NCBI GenBank assembly: GCA_040954595.2
Contig: CM082576.2
Coordinates: forward strand, 9,675,129-9,739,128
DNA from: Balanoglossus misakiensis
Lineage: Eukaryota; Animalia; Hemichordata
Direction: 5' to 3'
Length of the DNA: 64,000 nt
Positions 1 through 11,600 of this stretch are shown here, in pieces (position 1 is the stretch's first letter; every line of letters starts with the position of its first letter). The position numbers and the translations under genes are program-made. The notes under the pieces were generated by a model. The model made no database searches. It was not told the origin of the DNA and was given only the letters and a program-made list of their open reading frames with translations.

Positions 1-794
1 GACTGTCCAAAACAACGGGATATCATAAAAACAAACATAGGCAAGTGGTAAACAAGAATGGATGTGCCCGTAGGTAAAAATAATTCAGTGAAACTAAACA
101 GAACACAGTGCAGTGCAATATTCATATTTGTTTGCATAAATTACCAGTAATAACTCCAGCTAATTTTCACAGTAACCCGAGCCCATTCATAAGGTTGAAA
201 GATAACATTACATGTGTATTACATAAAATGTATTCCACTTTGTACTTTTGCCCTGTTACACATAAAACGTTTTTTTTAAAAATAAATTTTGATCAAATTC
301 AACTTGACAAAAACACATCTATTTCAAGAAGTATCCATAAAAACAACATGTAGACACGTGTACTTGCGTTTTCTACATTCAAATAAATGTGACAACCTCA
401 TCTCCTGTGGCTTTGCATCCAACATGGCAGTGTGTTCAACTGTATTATAAATAATGGGTTGGAAATCACTGGGTTAAACAAATCCCCCTGGCTTTCATTT
501 TGCTGCAGGCGCTGAAAAGCGATGTAAATTCGCACATACATTCGATAAGACCTCATTATGTCAAGACAGCGCCCTCTGTACTGAACCATCCATTCCATAT
601 CCCCATTCCCACCAAACCCCCTTCCCTCCTGCATCTTTTTTTCATACTACCACCACCACCACCCACACCAACACCATCACCAATATCCAACTTTGTGACA
701 TGATCTCGTGACCTTCACAAAAGGTCATTCTAAATCACGGCATACAAGATATCGCCTGTGCGCGATCCAATCGCCACAATCTTTCGCTGTGGCT

Positions 795-3700
795 TCAGCG
801 ACAGAAATACTGAAACTGTGGTCCAGAGTCGACCCTCTGTCGTTTCCTCGCTTGCATGGTTTCAAAGAACTCGGCAATGTCTTCCTGTTTCACGACCTGC
901 AAGATTGACAACCAAAACAAAAACACACAAAGGGTTACACAATGACCCAGAAGCTTCTGCAAAATCATGCGAAGAATCTCAACACCCCATTTGGCTCTCC
1001 CACTAACCAATACCCCTCCCTCCCCATCGTTCAGCCCGTTCACAATGTGGAACCAAAGCCCCACTAACTAGGAAAGGTGTAGGTTACCATTTTTTTTTCA
1101 AAAACAAATTGCTACATACCCTTCCTTGCTGCGCAAATGACTGCAAGTAATTCTTCAGTTCTGTTTTCATGTCATTGTAACCTATAAAAGGAAAAATCAG
1201 AATAATCTTGACTTTCTGGCGAGCAACAAGTTTGATCAAATCAGGCATTCGTCATGGCAGATTTTAATAGATTTGAGCAGACTCTGACAACTTTCAACAA
1301 CGTCTCAACTTGACACACCACCTCCAGAGGCAAGAAATCTTAACACTTACCATGTAAGACTTCCACTTGTTGCACACGATCCATACCCGAGAAAACCCTC
1401 ATACCCTGTTCGTACTGGGACCCTGCAGCCTGGTTTGATTTGCCCTTCTCTTCGTAGAAACACACTGTGTCCGATTCCTCCAGCAGGAATGTGATGCACC
1501 TGTCTGTGTACATTTTCTGGGAGAGACAATGTGAAGTTAAAGTAGTGTCATTTGCGAGAATCGGTCCTGGCTGCACATTTCATTTGAAATTAATGCAAGA
1601 TAATGATTCACACTGATCTAACTGGGAAACGTACTTTGACAAAGATCATGATCTAAACTAATTTGACATCACAAATTTAACACACATGTACTTGGGACGT
1701 GATGACCAACTCAAAGACAGTCTTTGCTTAAGAAACTAAGATTCAAAGAGAAATCAACAAGAAACCTACCTGACAATTTGTACAAGTACACAATTTCTTC
1801 CTCCACCCTTGTGGCCAGAACGTTGCGTGATTCCCAACTTTGACGTCTCTCTTTCTCAGCTCCTCTAATTTACATACACTGGACCCCCTAGCACAGCCAT
1901 CTGCAGTTTGAGCTGAGGTACCAGCTTCTTGGTTGTTTTCTCCCGTCTTCTCTGACGATTCCGCGTTTTGAGTTGAGTCACCCGCCTCCCTGCTTGGCTT
2001 GTCACTCGTCTGTCCTGGTGAGCCAGCATTTTGGGATGCAGTGACAACCCCTTTCTCGGTTTTATCGTTAGTGTCCGTTTTTTTGTCAGCGACTGAGGAA
2101 TCAGTTGTTGTCTTCACGATACCATCGCCCTCATACTCAGACTGTTCCTGGTTGGCTTTGTTCCAATCTCCCTCCAACGTCTCTCTCCCATTGACACTGG
2201 GAGATGCATCTTCACCAAGAGCAGCCTCATTGCTATTCACCTGTGGGAAAATATCAATGTCAAATCAAAATCAGTACCATCCACCTAATCAATGTGCCAT
2301 GGATAACTGACCTTTTTAGGGCTGTGGGGGGGGGGGGGGGTATTCAATGTCTTTGCGTGATTGACAGAGACAATTTGCACATACATCAAAGTAACAGATA
2401 CAAGTGAAACAGACCTTTCACATAATATTTCATTAGCAATTCAACTTTTCACAGATTAATAGCCATATGTTCAGCAAACACTTCGAAGGCAATTAAAGTG
2501 ATAATGAACCGACAGTCCTGTGGGTCATAGGTGAAAGGTCAACCTACCTGTGCAGCCTCAGACTTCTCTTCCTTGGTGGCCGTGGCTTGTGACGTGCAGG
2601 GCAGGCTTCCACTCGCAGGCTCTGGAACACTTCCCACATCCACAGGAGCTGTTGTCTCTTCCTTGATCACTTTGGTCTGCATTGCATCGCTGGCCGAGTA
2701 TGCCCACAGGAAGTCGCACTTCTTCATGCAATCCTTGCAAATCATTTCTTGGTAGTCGAAGTGGTCTGGCGGTTGTGTGCCCAGATGCTGCGATAGAGAA
2801 CAACCTTGATAAGCGAGAACGTCCTCGCTAGAATCCCGCTTGACATGCAACTCTCAGTCAGTAATATTTTGTCCTTCCTGTACATTTAACTTGCTAAGTA
2901 TATTCATGTCTTCTTGTTGAATTTTACTACAATGTATTACAATGTACTATCAAATCTCTAGGAGGATGGATGGATGGTTAGGGGTAAATAATGTGGAACT
3001 GTCCTGCACTCCTTTGAACACAGAAAAATACCGTGCCTGTCTATGGGTACGTTCCAAAGATTTGAAAACACTGTAGAGTGTCCATGTACGTAGAGCAGAG
3101 GTCAGATGAGAAATGTACATTGACTGAACAAGTGAATAAATAATACTTACCCTGCCATGAAACCAGTCTTCACACAGAATGCACTGGATCATTTCATCTT
3201 CAGTCTGCAATAAACAATCAACGTGACAAAATTGGTCAAACCTGTAAATCAAATGGACCATGTCATCTCAAGAAAACTGAGTGAAATCCAATTTTGAAAA
3301 ATAAAAGCAAAGAAGAGCTTTCCCAATTTACTGTAATAACTTACATTTTTTTCTGGACTTTGTTAAGTTTGATAGCCGTGATCACAACCTCAGTAAGAAA
3401 ACATCATGCATTGTACTATAGTCAAGCATGGTCAACATAAACTGACTACACATGTATGCATTACTTACATCATCTTCCGGGTCAGGGTAAGGCCTGTTAC
3501 AGATACAATAGACTCCTCTGAAATTCTGGTTGTACTCATTATCGGCATTCACAGCTGCTTTGTTCTGAAGTATAGACAAGACCTAGAGTTCACACTGAAT
3601 ACAGATTCACAGTTCATTTGTTAAAGTTTTGCTGATGGAAGGGTTAATCGGGCCATTCAGACTGTGACGTTTCTGTCAATGAGACCGTATGCAGAGAAAT

Positions 3701-5360
3701 CTGTTCTACTGTTACTATGATCTGTTATACACTGTACATGCTTATTACTACTATTTCTCGAGAATTTTTTTTAGCAGACAGGCATAATCACTTTCTGGTC
3801 AAAGATGTATTTCAGGAGTAAGCTTGCATAACAGTGATGACACTCGCACGGTGTTACACAACTTAAGATCTTACAGTTTGTGATCATATTGATTACTCAC
3901 TGGGTAGAATTTACAAGTCAGGTTTGCAAACTTGCCATTTCCACAGTCACATCTGAAGTTTCTGTAAGGGAAGAAAGTAAAATTTACCATGGAGGAAAAC
4001 AAGTTTTATGAGAGTTCTTTTTCTGCAGAATAGTTTCATTTCAGATATTTTATGCATTGATGTGAAAAGCAGATTACATTTTGGGCCAAATGGGGATGAT
4101 ACATCAAACCTAAAATAATAGCCTACTGTACGTAAAGACAGTCGGTGGAAGGGTTACTCTCCAATGTAAACTGTAAAGACAGTCACTATCCAAATGAAAT
4201 ATTGGAACAAATAATATATGTTTTCCATTTCCCAATATTGGAAAAATAAGTTTATTCAAGACATACCATTCTGGCTAGTTTGTGTTCATTTCCCCTTATA
4301 TTTCAATACATCAAAACTGAAGCAAATAAGCAATCACGACACACATCAGATCTGCATTTATATCAGATCACGACCAGTATCAGTAAACAGACAATATGTT
4401 GAACTTCAGAGAAGATCAAAAAGATGATGATCATGTTGAATATCCATCACATAATTTATCAAATACTACTGTCAAGTGAGGCTACGAGATTTACATTTCT
4501 TGATAGGAATGTATGAACACTCAGCTGTCTTGTATACCTTTTAGTGTACATTTCCACTAACTCGTGGCCTTCGTGACAGTCGTAACTACACGCCAAACAT
4601 ATTCCAGCTGGTTCCATATCTGGTGTGATGCATGTTGTGCAGGCATACAAAGCCTGGCGCCCTACCATACCCTGTGACAGATAAAACACAAAACTTGCAT
4701 CAGTAACTGTATGTCTTTTAATTGACAATACTTTAATACTCTGAACATGGGTGTCTATGCCCCCCCCCCCTTTCCATACTCTGGTGATGCATCTATGGTG
4801 CATCATGCATCATTTCCAGAAAAACAATCAGTGTATTCATTACATCAACACACCATGCATGGTGTGTTGATGTAATGAATTAGCTGATTGTTATGCACCA
4901 TTCATTAGACGCCATCTTATTCTGGGGGGGGGGACTTCAATCATGCAGATACGTTTGCGTTTGGTACAGTATTTACACTGTTGTTTCCCTTATGTGCTTA
5001 ACAACCAGCTCGTGTCGTTTCGTATTATTATTTAGAAGCTGGGAACATTCGGGGAGGGGGACAGGAATTCCTGTTATATCACCCAGTCTTATTCGGAGTC
5101 CTACGAAACCCTACATTGTCATTAGCAACATCACAGCAAAGCACCCTCTAAAACAACGGTCAGATATCATTTGATCCAGTCTACTCATTAAAACGTAGGT
5201 TTGCTTTTCATACTTGACCGTAAGTACAGTATTTTTCGTCGCTGCCACCAAGCACGGCATTTGCTTCGTCTTCAAGAAACTGATCTTCCTCAAGAACATC
5301 CAACATAGAAACGCCTTCATCTTCCCCGCCACTGGCTACCACCTGCTTTCCTTCCGCCAT
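795..5360 (-). CDS. UBR7: UBR7, UBR-box zinc finger plus PHD-like finger putative E3 ubiquitin ligase, 10 coding exons, ~510 aa
   Basis: Exons in transcript order: 5360-5214, 4671-4538, 3961-3901, 3564-3469, 3204-3151, 2787-2548, 2240-1770, 1516-1351, 1181-1120, 896-795. All introns are GT-AG with consistent phases; total 1533 nt. The translation carries UBR7 hallmarks: SMLDVLEED..LEDEANAVLGGSD, RQALYACTTC..PAGICLACSYDCHEGHELVEMYTKRNFRCDCGN, NQNFRGVYCICNRPYPDPED, EMIQCILCEDWFHGRHLG, WRKKLCTC, DRVQQVE, and C-terminal EDIAEFF...QYFCR. Confidence 0.96.
4835..4880. repeat. Perfect 46-bp spacerless palindrome in UBR7 intron 1, within a larger imperfect fold-back
   Basis: ATTCATTACATCAACACACCATG|CATGGTGTGTTGATGTAATGAAT. 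Flanking arms AACAATCAG (4823-4831) and CTGATTGTT (4884-4892) are also complementary. Confidence 0.95.
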
Positions 5361-5685
5361 CTTCTCTCACTCAGCAAGATTTACAACCCCCTAGCAAAGT
5401 GGTTATTTAATTAGTCATAAATGTGTCAACGTGAAAATGTATCGATCTTGTCACGTATATCAGTCATAATCTGGTATGGACTGAGAACCACTACACGCGA
5501 ACTTATTAAACGGGTTTCTTTTGGATGTGCTGTTAGTAATCAACGATCAGCGAATCTGAGAGACCTTGAAAAAATCCAAGGACTTAGGGTGGTCAATTCA
5601 TCAGTAAACATACACGCGTGGATTGAACGACGTCTCGAAAGTTGAATAATAATATCAGAATAGCGGTTGCCATTGCAAGCCTAAA
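5361..5685. promoter_or_regulatory. Compact bidirectional promoter between UBR7 and the DUF296 gene
   Basis: The two divergent ATGs are only 325 bp apart. A YY1-like AAGATGGCG overlaps the UBR7 start codon, and an X-box-like GTTGCCATTGCAAG lies at 5666-5679. Confidence 0.6.
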
Positions 5686-6566
5686 ATGTCGCAAAAGACA
5701 CCGTCGGATAGCCTCAAGAGACAGGGAGAGGAGCCAGAACAAGCAGATAAAAGCAAAAACAGGAAGAATGTGGTACGGTAACTCATGGCCCCATAGGTAA
5801 CTCTTTGCTGTGTACCTCGAGCATGGCAGTATAATTAACCTGCATAACTCTATCTGTTTTTGTTTTTTTTTTTAATTTTTCAACCACACCACACCAAGCT
5901 AGACAGTTCATCAAAGTCCACTGGTGTGTTATGCATTCCGACTTGGACCGGGAGAGGAGATAAGGAGTACTCTTTTGAAGTTTGTTGAGGACTACAAGTT
6001 AAGCGCCGCTTTTGTGATGACCTGCGTTGGAAGTGTTACCAAGGCAACCATTAGGCTGGCCAATGTTGATGCAGCAAGGAAAAATGAGGTAAACTTCACA
6101 GAAGTATCTGCATATACACATAAATACTACAACTTAAATAATACAGATAGCATTCTTGCAAGGGTATGATAGATCTGTGTGTGTTACCTGCATATTTTTA
6201 TGTGTGTAAAACAATTTCAAACAATTAGCATTGGTCAGTGTGGTCAGTCTTTCAGCATTAGAATGTGCATTTTTACCAAAGGGGGCTGCTACACTGAAGT
6301 CTACTCTGTTTCCATTTCAGATCGTCCAATTGAATGAGAGATTTGAGATTGTGTCTTTGGTTGGCACCTTATCCGACGGTGGGCACCTGCACATCAGTCT
6401 ATCTGATAAAAACGGGAAGACAGTTGGAGGCCATGTGGTGGGTGGATTGGAAGTGTTCACCACTGCCGAAATTGTGATTGGCCAGCTGAGCAACATGGTA
6501 TTTGAACGTGAAATGGATGATAGAACAGGGTTCAAGGAATTGGTCGTGAAAGCTTTAGACAACTGA
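5686..6566 (+). CDS. PPC/DUF296-domain protein (often auto-annotated 'bifunctional protein GlmU-like'), 3 exons, ~172 aa
   Basis: Exons 5686-5772, 5903-6088 and 6321-6566, all phase-0 GT-AG; exon 1 and its splice junction are the least certain. Motifs typical of PPC/DUF296: YAFRLGPGEEI, AAFVMTCVGSVTKATIRLA, FEIVSLVGTL, HLHISLSD..G..VGGHV, VFTTAEIV, D.RTGFKEL. Confidence 0.9.
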
Positions 6567-8605
6567 GTAGCATACGCAGACATGCCGAATTGTGTGGTAA
6601 AAGTATGTGCAAAAATATCTTTAAAAACACACACACACAAACCATAATGCTTCACAGTTTTCTGTTACAGAAACATGTTAAACTATCATTTTGCTGTGGC
6701 TCTGTTTTCCAGTCAAGTCACAGTTTTAACCACGGGCCATGTTTAACAAAACTGTGAGGGCGCTGTGTACAGAAAATGGTCGCATTTCCCCATTTCTGTA
6801 CATGTGGGTAGGAAATGTGTACTGCCTTTACACATCTAGCTAAATTAGTTTATCTAACATGCTAGCTAAGAGGACACGTTTTACAGTAGAGTGCAGCACA
6901 GACGAAAGAAATGATTCAATAAAACAAAATTGAACTGAGCAGTAGAAGACAAAAACTAAGAATATATAAAATGAGAGTAGAATAAATGTAGTAAAAAAGT
7001 GGGACAAATATGACATGATCTGGTGAATAATGACCACTGGATTAAAAGTGTAACCTGTCAAAGCCGATAAGACTTGTGTCTCTATGACGCAAATTGAAAG
7101 GAAGATTGAATACAGCTGGTACAATGAACCGTGAGATCCGGCTTTATTGGCAGAAATTCCCTCTTCCTCATTCTGCGGGTCCACTATATTCTAGTTTTGA
7201 TTTCTTATTATTTCTGTATTATTGGTGCAAGTTTTACACTTGGTATGTCGACGGATATTGTCTTTAATTGAATCTAATGCACAGTAACCGAATAGAAGGG
7301 TGTATTCTATTCTGTAGTATTACATGTTATCTTAATTCTTCATCATCTCATAATATGACGTCGACCGCCACTGTAAAGTTTCGCACACAAATTAGGCCGT
7401 CCATTCTTCATTCTTAAATTAGGCCATTCATTCTCCGTGAAATGAATACGCAATTGATATTATACGCAGAAAATGTTAGTATACCGCCCTGATTCCATCA
7501 AAGTTTATTGTCCAGCAGGAAGCTACGTAAATTATAGCCGCGTTCAGTTCTGGCATGAAGTGACGGATGAGGGCGCGATAAAACTGGTGGTCATCACGTA
7601 GCAGTGCGAGTAAAATTGAATGATACGCCGCAGTAGACAGTCCGAAGACATGTAGACAGACTGTTAACGGTTATCTTCCTACGAGTTATTTCTGAACTTG
7701 GTTAATATTACCCAAATCAGAGAACACTGCGAGTAATAACGCTTTCTGTTATCATAGATACAGCCTCGACACTTCAGGAAGTGTGCGGCCGTCCCGCTGG
7801 CCATTGAATTGGCAATTAGTGACTTTTCACAGAGTGGTAGCGTAGCGTAAAGACACTCCATTTTGTCCACAACAGACACGATTAGCTCTGTATTTCCGGT
7901 AATGAGGTGGATTGTCAGATGGTTGCGTGATCAACAGGCGGTTTTCTCCATCGGAAAAGCGACCACGAAGATCTAGGTATCTCGGAGCAGTAGAACCACT
8001 TGGGCGACTGCTTGAAGCTGCCGTTTTACTCAAGACACGTATCGGTATCTTTAGGAGCACCAGTCAGCCGACCGCAAGAAAATCATTTTGGCGTCGAGAA
8101 AAATGAAGAAGACGGCCATTCACCGGTCATAAATGCAAATTACCATGGAAAGTGGAGATCGAGCCAGTCATAATTAAGTTTTCGCTTTTGCGGCCACACG
8201 AAAAAAAGTTGCGCCCGCCACATCCAGTGGTCATTAAAAGAGTTGGACACACCATTTAAACCATATATGGGCATTTGTCAATTAGAGGGGGTTGTAATCC
8301 TTTAAGGCCGGGTGCGGCAAGGTCAAGGACCAAGATTAGTTCAAGTTAACATGGGTATAAATCATGTCTTGTCTGTATTAAGGGATAAACGGTGATGGAT
8401 ATTCTCTTCAACGAATAAGCTCCCTGTTCATCAAAAAAGACGTCATTATTTCCTATTTATCATTTTAACATAACTATATATCAGACGACAAGGAAAGGTC
8501 ACAGCAAATCGTGCGAGGGCAGTTGAGTTTTCTATGGTTTCTTCCGACTGTGTTTCACGCCAATGTGACCATATCACACCTTGCTTCTTGTACAAGCTCA
8601 TCGCT

Positions 8606-8617
8606 CATCATCATCAT

Positions 8618-8667
<50 letters not shown>

Positions 8668-8683
8668 AGCTCATCATCATCAT
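8606..8683. repeat. (CAT)n/(CAC)n trinucleotide microsatellite
   Basis: Directly visible. It generates the spurious poly-His, poly-Ile, poly-Ser and poly-Asp ORFs. Confidence 0.97.
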
Positions 8684-11600
8684 CCACACTCTCCACAGCT
8701 GTCAATATCCAAAGCATTGCGTACGAAAGAAATATCGACGGGCACATACCGTCAGTCGATATCGGTGATCGGAAACATGTAAACAGAATTTCCAACAGAA
8801 ACTTCGGGTTAAGTAGAGTGCAGAGTCTTTTGAGTTTGGCCAGAGAGTCGTTACCGAATAACAAGCCTCGTCGACACACGTTTCAAGGAGAGACTCAAGA
8901 CAGCTGGCGTTGATGCATACCGCATGTGTGGGCGGTAAATGCAAATATCTCTTGGTTTTAAAATCGCTAAATGATCCGTGAATAACGTCACATTTGAAAA
9001 CATCAAAAGAGCAAAAACCATATTCACATCGGCCTGCTGCATGTGTGTAGCAGGACTCCACCAAAACTAAGAATTCTCCATTTGTTTTGTATTACCAGTG
9101 ATAGCAATGCATAACGAGAAGAAAACAACCGTGCCATCCTTCATAGGCAGGAACTCTTCTTGGTTACCAGTGCAAGAGAGAGGGGGGAGAGACAACTAAT
9201 TATGGGATGTGTTGTTCCGATGCTTTTCCAATTAGTCCTTCTATTTTATCCCATCTCATGGTGACGTAAGACTTGTTTGGAATACTAAAGTGATCAGAGC
9301 GAATATGTGTTGGGAAAGGATGTCTTGTCATTTTGTGATCGAACGACTCTTGTATAGACTGCAAGGTAAAGATTGAGATAATCATATCGGTGTGTACTTA
9401 TACGCCTGTAGTCAAAATTCAAGTCGGTATTCAAGCATGATTAGAAATTATCAATTGAAAAAAGACTTGTAGCTTCCAACGAATCGAGAGTTTCATCATG
9501 TCCTACAAGATTACTGCCGCCGACAAAAGCTGCATTTTAAAAAGAAAATAATATGATAAGACCGAGAAAAAAAATATTTACTCGCGAAATTGCGCCTGTG
9601 GTAACTAGATTGGAGATATAGTTCCGCGGTCTGTCATTCACTAAGTAACGCTTTTATTCGATTTGGAAGCAAGCGTGACTTCGTTATCACCGCAAAGCGG
9701 CCCCGCTCGTTCCCTTTCCACGCGAGCCATCTCGTATTGCACGTCAAATAATTTGTCCGAAATGTTGTAATGTGTCATCAGAGGATAATTTTCACAGAGA
9801 ATATCGGCGGTTTAACGACACAGCGCATAAATTTGAAGTTTAATCACGAGGAATGTTTTGTTCAAACAGTCGTCACTGTGACAGTAAAAGTCCTTTTCAT
9901 TTCATTTCTTTTTATCGTGAGACGATTAATTCGCGTTGTTTATGTTGGTATGACTCTCAAATATGTCACTATTCATATCAGGATGACGCAATAGTTACGT
10001 CGGCGAATGAAATGAAAGTTTTCCGGGTCTTGGACGAAAGCTATCGTCGTGCGTCACAAATGATAGCAGAATGGAACAAATGTCCATGAAATTCCGTCGA
10101 TGCGTAAATGTTTCCGTCATCCCGCCTCTAAAAAACAAAAACAAAGGAACGGTAATAAAATTCTCCCTCGCTTCCGCGGAAAGACCCATTTTGCATATTG
10201 ATGATTTCTCCGCAAACTTTCGACTGCGTGTGTTTGAGTCGTGTAAACCCACTGGTTGCAGGCGTTCTGTACTTTCTGGGTGCTGTGACTGTAAACCCCT
10301 GATCTTCTGTGTGAAAACATGAACACGTAATTTTTACAGGGAATTAAACCGCAATTTCCACAAGCGAACACAGATTACCTCACGCGAGCACTGATAAACA
10401 GTCGCGCTATTTGTGTAACAATCGCAAAAGCGAATGTGAGAACATTTTTTTATCGGTAGTGTTGCCGCATTCAACGTTGTCTTTTACATTTTCAGAGTTT
10501 TAATCAGACGCCACATTCATCGCTTTCGTAGACGGCGACGCTGGATTCAGTCCCGCCATTCCACATTTTTTTTTCATGATTTAATTTCTAACGAAGATAA
10601 TGCCATGTTGTTGTACTCAGATCACCGACTGCCTGTGTCTGTTTGCTGCTGCATTTGGACAAGTATCGTTAATAAATGGTCAAATAATATTTTGTGGACA
10701 CTCCCGAAATATGGCCGCCGGAGAGCAGCTCGATAGAAAATTCTGAACATTTTGCGTCACTGTGTCGCGCATGATGGGTGCCCGCTGAAAATAAAGCAGA
10801 CGAACAAGATGCATGTAAAACTACACGGCTTGGATCGCTCAGCAGTGTAGTCTATACGAACCACCAGAAAAAAAGGAATAAATGGTCGATATATCTTGAG
10901 GGGGTGGTAAAAAGGCAACGGGGCTTGAAAAACATGGCGATAGAGCGTGATGCATTGATCTCTACATCGTCCAGAAATTCCGTCGTGCGTGTTCGTTTAT
11001 TTTGGTTGAAACACGGATCAAATATGACGCCAACAGCGACGGGAGAAAGCCAAATGACGTTTGACGTCTGCGAAGCGTATTCTCCAGCTGACATTCCTGT
11101 CAGCAGTCATCATAACTGATATGAGACCTGCCCCACTACAGGTGTTGATTTTCCCGACGACAGTGCTGCGAGGAAACTGAGCAGGCGCAGTGCGGTCGGT
11201 CAAGTGGGCTGTACATATACAGTTGCCGGAGTTTAGTAGTTCTCATTCTCACACCTGAGCGCGATAGTGTGTGTAACAGCCGAAATTCAGACACCGGCGA
11301 ATTTCAGAGGGTAGGTGTCGTTTTATTTATACCATGTATCGCAAAATCGATGCTTTTTGGAAGCCATCAATACGGATTTCTTTGGCTGAATCCCTTAATC
11401 TGACACACAAGTACAAGCTTGTGAACGACAGCGCCTGCCGCACAATTTACAAGTAAGCAATTACGCTGCTGAGCGCTTTATTGATTGAGGGAAATGTGGG
11501 AAGCATCGACTTACAGAGAGATTTGTACGCAGGCGTTAGTCAAGTTCTCCATCAATTAACAAGATTCGGCTGTGCATCAGCTGGAATTACCCGACTTTTG

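Noticed and set aside
5686-6566. Calling the DUF296 gene glmU, or treating it as bacterial contamination
   Set aside because: It lacks nucleotidyltransferase and hexapeptide acetyltransferase domains, contains canonical introns and is tightly linked to UBR7.
7912-8106. ORF containing CVINRRFSPSEKR, superficially like the EFS ring
   Set aside because: No second cysteine, no signal peptide and in-frame stops immediately upstream; the similarity is compatible with chance.
8511-8913. Poly-His, poly-Ile, poly-Ser and poly-Asp ORFs, and the exon-like stretch at 8699-8913
   Set aside because: The ORFs are explained by the (CAT)n microsatellite. The downstream stretch has no recognisable domain and no matching upstream exon.
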